Shown here: piece by piece, positions 39,100 to 52,100 of the stretch | How the letters are laid out: each line of letters starts with the position of its first letter | Numbering within the stretch: the stretch's first letter is position 1 | Origin: Camelus dromedarius | Taxonomy: Eukaryota | DNA length: 64,000 bases | NCBI RefSeq assembly: GCF_036321535.1 | Contig: NC_087472.1 | Span: forward strand, 91,018,001-91,082,000 | Direction: 5' to 3' | Translations under genes and position numbers: made by a program | The notes under the pieces: model-generated | Seen by the model: the letters and a program-made list of their open reading frames with translations, nothing else | Databases searched by the model: none | What the model was told of the DNA's origin: nothing

Positions 39100-39883
39100 G
39101 CATTAGTCAGCTTAGGCTAAATTGTGCTGAGTTCAGAGTTAAGAATCTGTTGTCACTTCTATTCATTGCTACAAAGTCCCAAAATTCGGCGCTCACTCTA
39201 CTCCCTCTCATTCTTGCAAAGTGGCCCAAATTTTGGCTGGGGCTATCTCTTACTTGTAGAATCTCTCCAAATGCAGCCAGTAAGAGTGAAGGCACATTAC
39301 TAATATTGTCCCCTGCCCTCTCTCCCTAAACCTACAGGCTCCTTCAGCACAGTATCTGCCTCTCCCAGGTATCACTAGTGAAGCTTTATCAAATGTTTGC
39401 CACTTCATAATATGATTGTCTTCTTCCCAGCCTTTAATAACTGTTTCTTTTCCAAACACCACTTAACTTCAGGGCCAACGCCATATCGTTTTATGTTTTT
39501 TATGGCAGCACCCCACTTTTGGTACAAATGACACAGAAGGCTCAGTGCCTTATAACAACAAAGCTGACTTTTTGCTTTTGGATCATTGCTATCACAGGAC
39601 AGCTGAGACTCTGCTTCATTCTAGAATTGTCTTAATTCTAGCATGCTGGCTGAAGAGGCAGCTGCAATCTGGGGGATCTGGGGTGTTGCTGGTCTTATTG
39701 GAAGAGTAAAAAGGAGACATGTGATGGCTCTTCAAGTTTCGTTCAGAATGGCACTGGTTACTTCTCACGTCAGCTTGGTTAAAGTAAGTCATGTGGCCAA
39801 ACCTTACTTCAAATGGATGTGGATCTATGATGCTCTCCCAGAAAGGGGAGTGAATATTTTGAATAATTACATAATCTACCACA
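39100..39883 (-). mobile_element. MLT1 LTR remnant(s)
   Basis: ATTAGTCAGCTTAGGCTAAATTGTGCTG start; AAGTAAGTCATGTGGCCAA...ATAATCTACCACA end. Confidence 0.55.
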
Positions 39884-39918
39884 GATATGAAAACTCAATA
39901 TTGAAAAGACGTCAGTTT

Positions 39919-40081
39919 GTGGGGGAGGGTAATAGGTCATTGGTAGAGCACATGCTTAGCATGCAGGAGGTCCTGGGTTCAATCCCCAGTACCTCCATTT
40001 AAAATAAAAACCTAATTATCTCCCCTCTGCCAAAAAATAAAATAATACAAAAAAAAAAAGAAAGAAAGAAAGATAAGAAAA
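39919..40081 (+). mobile_element. Vic-1-type SINE
   Basis: GGTAGAGCACATGCTTAGCATGCAGGAGGTCCTGGGTTCAATCCCCAGTACC; TSD GAAAAGA(C/T)GTCAG (39903-39915 / 40082-40094). Confidence 0.9.
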
Positions 40082-42477
40082 GAAAAGATGTCAGCTCTTC
40101 CAAAATAAAGTGATCGGTTTGAAATGCAACTCAAAAAAATTCCAATATGGTTTGCTGTTGTTGGGCTCTGGTGGGGAGGGATGTATGTATGTATATATGT
40201 ATGTATTTAGCTTTGGTTTCTGTCACCTGTTTTGTTTTCCCAGAACCTGCAAAGCCAATTCTAAAATTCTTATGGTGGTACACTGTACCAAGAATTGCCC
40301 AAACCATTTTAAAGGAGACAATCAAGGAGGGGAGAGTTCCTTTGTAAAATATCCTTCCTCATTATAAAGCTATGTAAACTATGAGATTGGGACATTGGGG
40401 CAGAAATAGACTCAGCAATTTCACTTCTAGGAATATAGTGTAAAGATATTATTGCACAGGTTATAAGAGAGGCTAAAGAATTATTTGTGATTTGAATTGC
40501 ACTGTTTGCAATAACATGAACTTTGAAATAATCTATATGTACATCAATAGTTGAATGATTTGTGATACATCAAAAAGTAAAATGCTATATTGACTATTTA
40601 AATAACCCAAAGCTACATATATCAATATGTATAAATCTTAAAAGCACACTTTTAAGAGAAAAAAGGAAGTTGCAGGACCCATACTTTATAATAAAATTTA
40701 TATAAAAATTTTTAAATGCAAGAAATAGCACATATTATATACATATAATATATAATACCCGTATCACTTATGTTTATACATATATGGAATAATAATATTC
40801 ATGTTATTACATATGCTATATAATCCTGGAAAATATGGATTGTGCATTGAGGAGGGAGAGAGATGAATGGATTAGAGGGGTCAATACAGAGGGCTTTGTC
40901 TCTGATGTTTCATTACTTAGAACACATCTGAAGCAAATATGGCAAAATGTTAACACTTGATAAAGCCAGGTGTTAGGTACACAAGTATTTGTTATTTTAT
41001 TTTCCGTAAGTTTGTGTGTTTGTAGTATTTCATCATAAAATATTTCTAGCACCTAGCAATACTCAGTTAACATTTTTTACTGTAAACTTCCAGACTTCTT
41101 CTGTGCTTATATATGCAAATATATAAGTTCATGTTTTAAACGATATTGAGTTCACAGACTTCATAGCACTTTGTTACATGCTATGTGCACACCAAGAATC
41201 ATGAATATCTTTTATGTTAATGAATATATATTTAAAATACCTTAATGGCTTTTAATATTTCATTATACATTTACATCATAATTTTAAACCAATTCTATAT
41301 TATCATATGTTTCCAATATTTCACTGTCAGAATCAAAACTGCAATGAATATTATTTAATAAATGTCTTTATTCAATTATGTGTTTATAGTCTTATAAAAA
41401 TTCCTTAAAGTGAAGATGCTTAGATGAAAGAAATACACTTTTTAAAGCTTCAACACATATTGTCTAAGTTTTTCTTCAGAGAAATCTAATCCAATTTACT
41501 TCAGGTGTGCCTGAGATTGTGTTTTTCTCTATTTTAGTCTTTGCCAATTTTTATAATCTTCATTATTTAAAGATTTATTTTTGGAAACCTAAACTTCCCA
41601 ACTGACGGAGGGCAGCTGGGGCTGCTTCTCCATAAACTAGTTGTCTGAAGAGAGCTGTGTTTGCTTAAATGTAAAAATTTCTCAATGAACTAATTATAAA
41701 TTGCATTTTGCTGAGTGATGAGAAATGTGACAAATCTTAGGAAAATATCGTCTATACCCTTGAGGCCAGTGCTATATATTTTACTATAGATATTTTGAGC
41801 TCTGTAGAAAGTGTAGTTCTCTTTCACTTCAACTGGTGACTTGTCCTGAAGTCTAATTAACCTAATTCGATAGGGAGATTAAAGGTTGAGAAAAGTAATC
41901 CTGAGCAAAAAAGATTTTTTTTTATTCCATTGGCAATTTGCTGCTGCTTCTTGAAATTGCCCTGAGTGCCTGAGTGACACTTCCCCTTTCGTTTCTAACA
42001 ACAAACCAGTGAAAATTAAAATCATGTTCCAAGTTTTGGTAAATGCGGGCCTCACCCTTCTAGTTTCTGGTTTGACGAGTACTGCTGGGATGCAACAAAA
42101 CAAAACTTTAACCAGGTCAACGTGATGCCGCATGAAATGAGATACAGAAGAGGTGATCTTGGAGGATCTTATTAAGATGAATCCTTATTACAAACTTCTT
42201 ATTGCCTAAGAAATTGCTCTTACCCCACACATAGGCCAAGCAACAGTGTGGGGGTTAAATCAGTTGCCAAGTATGTCCATCACAATTATACATTCAAAGA
42301 TTAGGAAACTAGTGGGTCCATTAAAAAAGTAGAGACATTGTAAGCTAGACTTTGACCCCATATGACTCCATTCTAATAATGGGTCACAATGATGCTCTGA
42401 GTCTCTGTATATCAAGTATCAGCTCAGAGTCTATGTCCAATTGTCCTCAAAATGTCTGCATATTTCCCTTCCCTAAC

Positions 42478-43013
42478 TGTAGGGGAGCAAAACTAATTTT
42501 CCCTCTATCCTTCTAGGTTCTTGGCTGAGACCACACTTTAATAAAAGATAGATAAATAGGAGAAACACAAATAGAAGTTTAGTAACATGCACCCCCTGTC
42601 TACACGGGAGAGACCCAGGAAAACTGAGTAACTTCCCAAGGTGGCCCTAGCTATCACCTTAAATACTATCTCCAGCTAAACACAAAAGACACTGGGGGGT
42701 GGGGGAGCCAGTTATGGGAGGTTACCAGAAAAAGCACAGTAAACAAGGGTAAGGTTGTTATGCAGATATAAGTTGTTGCCTTCTCCATCGATAAGAGTTC
42801 CTAGAGATTTAGTCATCCTTCTCTTCCTGGAAGAGAGGGAGACACCCTTACAAATGGAGATTTCCCTTGTAAATGTTTCTAAAAAAAAAAAAAAACTTCT
42901 ACTCTGTTTTCATAGCCTTTCCTGTGTCTGCCATTTCTTAAAAATAATCAGCTCAAGCTATTCCTTACTCTAAAGAGGCATATTTAGGGATGGCAGATTT
43001 TGCCTCCCCTTCA
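42478..43013 (-). mobile_element. ERV1 (MER34-like) LTR
   Basis: Minus strand begins TGAAGGGGAGGCAAAATCTGCCATCCC; homologous to 62845-63407, 63906-64000 and 56920-57099. Confidence 0.8.
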
Positions 43014-43019
43014 AGACCA

Positions 43020-43275
43020 AAGTGAGCAAGAACAAGGAAGTTACACTGGGCATTTGCTGTTTTGGGTAAAGCACAGTTACTTCCCTTATATGGAACAAAG
43101 GGAAGTCTTGTAGCCAAGTCAGGTAACTTGTGCTGAGCAGGCAAGAGCAGATCTGTTGACCCAGACCTTCCTTTTCTGGGAGAGCCAAGCATAGAAACTT
43201 AGTAAGATTTTGGTTTGCTGACATGGGGCTTAGTATGAGTGACTCCATCTTGAGACTAATCTGATTTCTTTAACA
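43020..43275 (-). mobile_element. ERV1-class LTR 5' fragment
   Basis: Minus strand begins TGTTAAAG...CAAGATGGAGTCAC, a typical ERV1 U3 start. Confidence 0.55.
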
Positions 43276-43321
43276 CTGGGAAGCCAAAATCTTTAGGGGC
43301 ATCCCCCACATATCCTCATCC

Positions 43322-44220
43322 TGAAAAGGAGCAGGACCCTGTGCCCCACCCCCTGCCTCTTGTTTATAGAAAATCTGAAGTCTCCCAGGCCTCCCTGAGT
43401 CATAGAAGAGCAGGCTCAAGCCTTTGATGAGGACAAGCCTGCAGGCATTGCAGGATGGCAACGACTCTGACCACCTATCTAAACGATTAGTTGAGATTAT
43501 TCCTTCATTTCCTTTTAAAATGTTCACAGCTGAACAGAATCTTTGGAGATGGTTTTTTTGGGGGTGATGCTGGGACCATCAGATTGCAGGCATTCTGATT
43601 AAAAGCAACTTTCCATTCTGTTACTAAGGCTGTTGTCCCCAGGATCATACCCCTGCCCCTTCCTCAAGTAAAAACCAATTACTCTTACTTAAGTCTCAGG
43701 AGGCAGCTGCAGAGAAGAAACAAGAACTTGTCAGAACCAAGGGAGCCCAAGATGGTGGAGGATTTGACTTCTAGTGGACCTTGAGTCTCATTATAAGCTT
43801 ATTGTAATGTATTAGCATGCTAAATGACACACCCACCAGCACCATGACCTTGATGATTGCCATGACAACAAGAGGAAAAGGCCATACAAGGACTGAGAAG
43901 CTTAGACAAGGACTGATTGGCTCCACCACACCCGGAAGGAGGACATGATGGCAGAAGCCTCTCATAAAAGTCTACGTGGCCCGACCCAGGCAGGAGCTGT
44001 CTCTACTGGCCATCTTGGCTGATGGCTCCCAGCTCCAGCATCTTTTCCTCACTTGAGTGCTTTTTTTCTCTAGCACTTTCCTTCCATTTCCCCTTATGAG
44101 CAATAAAGCGGCTGTTCATTTCATCCCTCTGTCTCAGCTGTGCCAATTCTTTTACAGCCAGCAGCAAAAACCCACACTTTGGTGTTCCTCCTAATTTGGG
44201 GATCCCTCTACCCACTAACA
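43322..44220 (+). mobile_element. ERV1-class LTR, possibly a composite of two, inserted in ERVL gag
   Basis: TGAAAAGG...CTAACA termini, AATAAA at about 44102; flanks ATCC / GTCC; removing it restores the gag sequence. Confidence 0.75.
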
Positions 44221-44324
44221 GTCCCATGTATCAGATTCCCAGGTTGCCCAAAACAGGGCTCTGACCTTGGCATAACAGACTGTCTCAGGTAAGCATTCAA
44301 TCATCTTTGAAGGTCAGTGACTAG

Positions 44325-44819
44325 TGTCGACTGAAATAAATGCGCAGCCTAAAAGTTAAGAGTTACGTTGTTTTTGGCGGGAGGACTCGAGCCCGGGGTT
44401 ACAGCCTCTCAGATCGCTCTGAGGGACTGCTCCGAAGAGGTAGGGGAGGAGCTAGGATATATAGGAGCTTTACAACAAAGACCAGGTAGTCGGAACAATA
44501 AAAGATTGCTTGTTACCTAAAGAAAACCAGGCATCTCAAGTTAAAGAATTTAGTGCTTTTCTATGTATGGGAGGAAGCAAATATTTGGGCTCATTGAATT
44601 CATTCCTTTGACAAGTACCTAGCTATCTAGGGCCAGTATCCTGTCCTTTCTTATTCTGAGTCTGCTCAGGGTGCACCACTGTGAGTGGCTGCAGAGGGCC
44701 AGCTGCAGGCCTGTCCTCATTGGGGGGTGGTGGCAGCTGCTGATGACTTGGTTTCAGCATTCTTTGTTTGCTGATATGGTTGCAGTATTTTCACTCACAT
44801 TGCAGTATTTTCGTCCACA
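44325..44819 (-). mobile_element. Relatively young ERV1 solo LTR
   Basis: TGT...ACA termini, perfect TSD CTAG (44321-44324 / 44820-44823), many retained CpGs. Confidence 0.9.
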
Positions 44820-45166
44820 CTAGAATTATTAAATCTTGAGTTTTGTCTTCAGCTTTTTCCGCTTTTCCACTGCAGGAGATCAGGGCCTCTCTGTAAACTA
44901 CCAAAGAGGCCTTCTGGCCTTCACATCTGTTTTTCAACTGTTTACTAACTGCCCTCAGTTTTTCATTATCTCTCTGTACAATGTCATTGAAACAATAGCA
45001 ACAGAGAATTCCATGATTCCTTTGTTCTTCTACGCACTGCCACCTCCCCCGACACCCCACTCCCACTCAACATCTCTGGACTTTTCAAATCCTTCCACCA
45101 GCCTCAGCATTGGCCTCCCATCAGAACCTTCTCCCAAATCACCCCCCGTGTAAGATTTAGCAATTA

Positions 45167-45781
45167 TGTTAGAGCAGGCAGACAGCCAGACATGAGCAGA
45201 GAAAGGGGAATGCAGGCCAAATGGCAGGAATTGAGCAGAAAGGAGGGACACAGGCCCAATGCAGGAAACCATATATTATGTAAACACCTGGGGTCTCTGG
45301 GCAAAGAAAGAAAAGCAGGATCCTCTGGGCTGATAAGTGGTCACACCTTTGAGGGTGAAAAGTGGCCCAGAGGCCAACAAAAAAGATGGGAAAAGGCAGA
45401 AATCTCCAGTGTCTGAATGTAACGTTTCACTCATTATGCCCTCATTTCAATAAAACCAGCCTTGCAGATTAGAAGCACCCAACATGCACCTACGCCATGA
45501 CACTTCTGATCCACACTTCCCTTTGGGAAGGTGGAGTTGGGATGAAAATCAGAGAATATGACCCCAGACCCTTCCCTCCCTAATGAATATTCTGCCCATT
45601 CATTTTTACACCCTATGTAACCAATTTGCCAAAGAAACTCGGGCAGCTGTTCACCCTTGAGAGTGCACTATCCATTACTTAATAAATCCTCACTTTATTT
45701 TTTTGACCTCCAAGTCTTGTCTCTGAATTATTTCTCGGACGGGACAGGAACCTGGAACACCGGTTACGTCCACCAGCAACA
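45167..45781 (+). mobile_element. ERV1 solo LTR
   Basis: TGTTAG...GCAACA termini, AATAAA at 45681, perfect TSD ATTA (45163-45166 / 45782-45785). Confidence 0.9.
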
Positions 45782-45924
45782 ATTAGACTGCCACATTAGG
45801 CCAGGGATGGTCCATGTCCTAAATGCTATCCAGATTAGGGTCCTTATTGCCAGACAGGTGGTGCGCAACAAGTTACCAGTTCCCCACTTTTCTCCTGCTT
45901 TCTCATACCACGGCTAGTACCAGC

Positions 45925-46405
45925 TGTGTCAGTGCAGGTCCTCTGGGAAACCAATGGGGAGACAGTGAGGAGTGCAAAAAGTTTATTGGGGCTGCTTGAC
46001 ACGTGGCGAAAATGGAGAGGAAGCAGAAGCAATAGAGAAAGTCTTTAAACTGTGATGCAGATCAGACACCTATGAAAAAAATGGAGGAGAAAGTAGAATC
46101 AGACAGAGGAAGCTTCAGGCTGCAGGCAGATCTGACAGTCCCAGCCAACCCAGTGGGGAGCTCTGACCCAAGATTGCCCCGTAATGAATACCTACGTTGG
46201 GCAAAAATGGCCAGGCCTTTATAACCACCTTATACTCAGTCACCGGGTAGGGCTTGTCCCGAGAGGGCAGGGTCTCCCGATTATGTGCTGAGGCACATCT
46301 TGAGGACACTGAATTTGGAGGCTGTCAGCTAAGTGCACTTTTTGCAACTAATGAACAAGTTCTTTCTTAAATGAAGATACAAGTAGCACATCATGTTTGC
46401 TGTGC
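45925..46405 (-). mobile_element. ERVL 5' LTR (LTR16/33/41 group)
   Basis: TGTGTCAGTGCAGGTCCTCTGGGAAAC...AAGTTTATTGGG directly adjacent to the PBS. Confidence 0.7.
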
Positions 46406-48774
46406 CAGGGGAAAACAACAGATGTCTACCTCATTTTTATCAGTAAGGTGGAAACTGCCTCACCCACAACCTCCACAGAGAGAAAAGTAGATAAAAAGTA
46501 TATAATCATTACTATTTACTAAGCACCTGCTATTTTTAGACACTACACAAGGTGCCTGGTAAAAATTCTCTTTAACCTTTACATGATTCATTGTTCACGG
46601 GTAACTCTCATCTCCAAAGATGTACCATCCCACACTATTGGCAAAAGTTATCAGAATAAAAGCTGCCACCTTCCCTGACTCAGATTCAGATTCACTCTGG
46701 CCCTCTTTTTCCCACCACTTTGTGTGCGACCTTGGCTGACAGACGTTCCTGGCTTTATCTCTGGGTTCCTTCTCCTTTGACTACATCTTAGATTCGCTGC
46801 TCATTTTTGCCTGGTTTCTCTTCTAGGCTTCGGTCTCTCAGATAGAGGGATCCAGGCCTTGGTCCATTTTCTGACCCACACCCTGGTACTATCAGGTCTC
46901 TGGCTCCCAGTCACGAGGGTAAAAGGTACCCAACACCATCTTCTGCTGACCAAGGGTCATCACTGCTTGGCCTCCTTTAGTTGGGGAGCAAGAAGAAGTA
47001 AAAGAATCAAGCAAGATAGATATTGTCACCCCAATTTTACAGATGAAAAAGCCAAGTCCCAGGGAATTTAGGGAATTTAGGTATTCTAGCTATTTTAGCG
47101 ATATTACTTAAAACTTGGGAAATAAGGGGAGAATTGTGTTGCGTGTGTCCTTTCAAAGTCATCTTGCGATGTTGACAGGATCACCTGAAGATTATTTAAT
47201 TATGCAGGGGATGTATCTGTATGCAGTTGCCATCTACTATTAATCAAGGGCTCAGACTCTGAAGTTATATGGTAATTTTTCTGTCCAATAGAAATGATAA
47301 CCCCAAAGTTACAGTTTCATTGCCCTTTGGACATTAACCAGTTTTGTCTCTAACTTAGTCAATTTATTTCAAACTGCCTTTCCTGGTGGACTGCAAATAT
47401 GCCGTCCTCAAAATGTTCTTGGAACCAGGGTTACCATCTTGCTGATCCTCTCATTAATGAGTTGAATAAAATCATTGACATATGTCCATTCTATATTCAT
47501 ATGAGAGCTGTGTTTTTGACTTCAGAAAATCACTCTGACACCATGATGTTTCACTTCAAAGTCCTTGGTCTTTCCCTGCATTAGATGACCTTCCAAGATG
47601 GGCATGCTGATATACATTGGAAGAGGAGAACAGTGACCCTCTGAGGTTCATTTTTTCTGGAATTGAGAGAGAGACTGTATGTTGCTTATCTCTGCTCATG
47701 TCAAGGTTAGGCCCTCATCTTGGGCCATGTGTTTGAGAAGAGCTTTCCTCTTGCAGTGATTTCTAGGGGAAAGAATAGCTCAGGTACATTGACCATGAGA
47801 TCAGCCTGAAAAATTGTTCCTGAGGTTTTTGAAACCTTGAAACAAAGCCTAAGTGCTTGAAGCAGATGCTTGAATTTCTCTTTGAGGGCTCTTTTGCTTC
47901 GGGAAGCCTTCAGGAGACATAAAAGTAAAGCTAAAATCTTATTCCGGAATGGACTGTAAGAGCTAATTGACTCTGTATAATGCAAAAAATTGTCTTCTTT
48001 GTGGACAGGGTGACATGCTGAGAGTTTATGCTGCTTTTTGTCATGGTAACTATTGTTGCCTGGCAAGATGCTGGAGCCCCTTCTTCTACACCTAACACCA
48101 GAAATGCTAGATATGAAAAAATTTTTTTACTATGTAGTTGAGCTCAAAAGCAAATCCCCAACGTGTCAGAAGAAAAAGGAATGTTAGAATCAAAGCAGTT
48201 AGGAGGAATTAAGCCAGGCAACTTTTGGAATATTGGGCCTGGAGACACAACTTGGGCTACACTATGGACCTGAGAACAGGACTGGAAGCCAGGCTGAAGG
48301 AGCCAGTCAAATCAGGAAACCAGACCTAGACTCTCTAAATGAAAGTGGGCACTAGGCAGGGGTTTCCTTGTCCTTAGTCAGAGAATAAAAGTAGAATGTA
48401 CACAAGCAGGGTGCCCACCTTGGGCCAGCGGAGGAAAGAGAGCTACTGCAAGAAACTGGAACCCTCAGCATCATCTCTGCCTGGGGGTGGGTACAAAGTT
48501 TGCACTACCTTAGAGTAGGAGTTTCCTCTGCTGAGAAACTTACTTGAAAATGATCTTGAATTTATGAATTTTGCAAGGCTAGAGCAGAGGCAAATGATAA
48601 GCCATCCAATTGAGATACCTCCTCAACCCAGGGCACGCAGAGGACTCTTCATGGAAGCTTAACCATAAACTCAGCAGAGGAACCAGATGCGCTATTAACA
48701 TATACATAACAGGAGCTATTAGCCATTACATGTCTCCTTTTTTTCTGCTAACATCTGATCTAAAACAATTTTAT

Positions 48775-49144
48775 TGTCTAAAATTTAATAGTTACAAGAG
48801 GAGACCTTGAAGTCATAAGGTTGCAGCTGCCAGCAGACACTGCTACGAGAATGGCTGACTGTCTTCCGAGTATGACACAGCTCAGAAAATTCGAGTTCTC
48901 AACGATACAAGAACATGTCTGAAATCACACCCCCAGTGGCCACCTAGTTTCACCTTGAATGTCTGAATCATAGCTACTCCGTTCTGACTTTCAAATGCAT
49001 GCTCCTCCTCAAGGCCAAAGCAGATGCACAATGCATGTCCAAAAGGCCATAAAACAGGCCACTTCACTAAGTAAAGTTTACGTTAAACTATGTATAAATC
49101 AGAACGACTTTTCCATACCTCAATATGTGTAGATTTTTCCATCA
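48775..49144 (-). mobile_element. 3' LTR of a non-autonomous ERV1-like provirus
   Basis: Follows the PPT AAAAGGGGAAA (minus strand, 49145-49155); TGATGG...AGACA termini. Confidence 0.65.
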
Positions 49145-52100
49145 TTTCCCCTTTTGATTGCAAATTTTTCAGTAGAAAGCATTAATACTCAAAATATTCG
49201 TCCCTTAATGCTGGGGTGATGGCTCCTGCCCCAGATTCAGATCATGTCCTGCAGTGCTGGGCCTCCTTTATATTTGCCTAGTTATCCACATTGGGGAAAT
49301 TTAATCAGATGTTGTGAATAGGCTCAGAGGTATGTTATTGGGGAAACACATTGTCGGCCGTACATTTTATCACTTATACCCAATTGTCACACAAGATTGT
49401 ACCTGTGCTTTTAGCAATAGACATAGACCAAGCATTGTTATACATCATGAGTAGTTATCCTCTGTGACAACTCCCTTAGAGAATTTTCTTTCAATCCTAA
49501 ACATTGGGGGCAACAGTGTGGTTGGAAGTAAAACAATAATACTGATAGGGAGACAAACATCTGATAAACAATTCAATTAGAAAATCTAGATTAAAAGCCA
49601 GTAATATCTTAGACAAAACCAAAAAACTATAACCATGTTCACCAGTCTACTCAATCCTATGTAATTAATCTTTTTTACTAACAGTTTTACAAAATCAGAG
49701 TTTTTGTTAAAATTTTAAACTTTCTTACCCAGTTCAGCAGTAGGATTTAAGAGAAGCCTGTACTCGTCAAAAAGTCCTTTTTATGAATCTTACTGGAGAT
49801 GAAGCAGTTTTGCAAAGCACCAGCTTAACTGTCTCTGAATAATAAAAGGCTAAATAAAGTTAAAGACTAATAAGACTAAATAGACTAAATAAGTTTAAAA
49901 ATCTGGTTGCAATGTTTTGTGGGGCTTTTTGTTGCTGTCTTTTGGTTTTTTTGGACAAAGAAGCTTAATCAAGTTGCTGTGGCATACAACATTGTAAGCT
50001 AACTAGACTGGAACTAGAATTATGGCCAGAAAAACTAGAATTATGACTGATAGCATTATACCAGGACATATCTAAATTTCAGAAACCTTATAAAATTTCC
50101 AGAACGTCTAGGTTAATAACATTTATCCATACCGTATAATCTGAGGAGGTTTATCACTCATCTGACAATGCCATGTGATTTAACATATCGACCAATCCTA
50201 GTTAGTTTAATATTTTTCTCTGAGATGTCTCGGGGGTCCTCTGAAGCCTCCCAAAGTTAGCTGAAGTCAAAAGAACTTTGATTAGAATTTGATAGGAGGT
50301 GTGACAACAACATCAAAAAGTTTCACACAATCTGTTATCAGAAGCATCTGTTACCACAAGCAAGTAATCTTGTTCTCTTAACAGAGAGGGACCCAATCTA
50401 GTCCTGCACCAGTCTTCTTTTAATGATAAAATCCACCTACCTTTTACTTAAGTTTAACCTAGCCCGACCTGCACAAAACTCCTTTTTTAGGGGTCCCTTT
50501 CTACAAACTTTTCCCTTAACAAAATGTAGTTCCATCCCTCATACTTTTTACTCAAAACATATATCCTACCTTCTCACTGTATACTGAAATATTTCCTGTA
50601 TTATTGTAGTAGCTTTAATGACACATTTAAATTAGAATTCTCAACTCTTAAAAACCGTAATTTCTAGCAAAAACCAAGAAGTAAGCAATTATGAGCTGTC
50701 TTTTACATTAGCATTTGGTAGACTGGCAAACATAAATACCGATAATTTCTAAAAACATGTGGTTTTTATAGAATATACCTCAGTGAGGCACCAGACATAT
50801 CTAATAATAGTCCAAAGCACCTTTAGTTTATCTGTAAAGGGAAACCAATGTTCAGTAATTAATGTTCCAGCATCTTATTTTGTTTGGGAGTGACCTACCT
50901 ATTTAACAAACTTCCATCATTTAACTTAAGTTAGTAAAACTCTAAAATTTTAAGTTACTAAGTATCTGGAGAGATCATTTTTAAATAGATAGTCCTAAAA
51001 CAGAATTATTTTCAATGAGTTCACCCAAAAACTTTTGTTATTTGCATTCAATTTACTTACAAGAATTTTGTCATACCAAATTAATTGAATTTTTTTTTCT
51101 TTCTGACAAACTCTGCAACAGAAACAACATGAACCTATTGCCTTCAGTACATCTAGGTACAATAAAAGATGTCTGTGTTGATTATACCAACAAGCTTAAG
51201 GAAGCTTTAATATCAGATATTAACTTAATATTAAAAATTTCCTAGATCATATGTGCCTAAAATTTGTTGTCTAGCTTCTTTTATACTTAGAAGTATTTAA
51301 TCTTAAGTGCTTACTTTTAAGTCAATTAAATAGAGCTCTTTTACATGTTAATTTTTACATAAATTCAGGTAGAACCAGAGATCTCACAGGTTTTCTGTGT
51401 GAGTTTAAAAAAAAAAAAAAAAAAACCTTTTCCTTGAGAGCCCAGGTAGATCACTTACATCTCAAAGGCACAGAAAGAGACAAATTCCTCCTCTAACGGT
51501 TTATACAAAACCCAATCATCTTGGTTATTTTCAGGGATTTTTTCCCCCCAGTTCCCTAATGTCCACTCCACTTTAAAGAAATAACAGTAATAGACAATGA
51601 GATATATATCATTCACTCACATTCAGATGCCTCACTTTCAGCAAAAGTAGGAAGAGAGAACAGGATTTGAACTCAGGCACCAAGATACTCATACACATAC
51701 ACACCAAGATAAAAGCCAAATTGCAAAAGGCCCACTTTGATATAACAGCAGAGCCATTAGGGCCACTGTTCTCCAGATCTCAGGGAGTACTGAGGCCACA
51801 CAATGTTATAATAAAAAATATCATTTTCTTTTATTTATGGAGCATAGCTGAATATCTCCCAGTTGTGCAAAATACACTCTAGGAGGACTATATATAAGAT
51901 AGAACAGAGCTCTAATCATCCTTAATTATTCACGGCCAATGGTATCAAATATCAAGCAAACAACAATTCAAAGTGGTCTCTCAGGGTCACAGTGCCCTAG
52001 CCCCAAAGAGAAACTCCTAACCAATGACCCATCAGTCCACAAGGGGAGAACCCCAACCATTGCCCCATCAGAGACAAAGCTGAATGAATGACCAAGGCTC

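Larger units (their letters stand above)
43276..45922 (-). mobile_element. ERVL (ERV3-16A3-like) internal region: PBS and gag remnant, split by three LTR insertions
   Basis: PBS TGGTACTAGCCGTGGT (45907-45922, tRNA-Leu-like); gag-like peptides DHPWPNVAV*LLNL, DNEKLRAVSKQLK...ALISCSGKAEKAEDKTQDLII and YAKVRAL...DTWD|EDMW. Confidence 0.8.

Noticed and set aside
35141..45781. Two same-family, same-orientation LTRs 10 kb apart as ends of one provirus
   Set aside because: 45167-45781 has its own ATTA TSD, and the intervening DNA is L1, Tigger, MLT and unique sequence, so they are independent insertions.
47707..48066. 119-aa minus-strand ORF
   Set aside because: Non-ATG start and no recognisable homology.
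49330..49530. Possible env transmembrane/cytoplasmic remnant upstream of the PPT
   Set aside because: The position fits, but the translation is too degraded to support a call.
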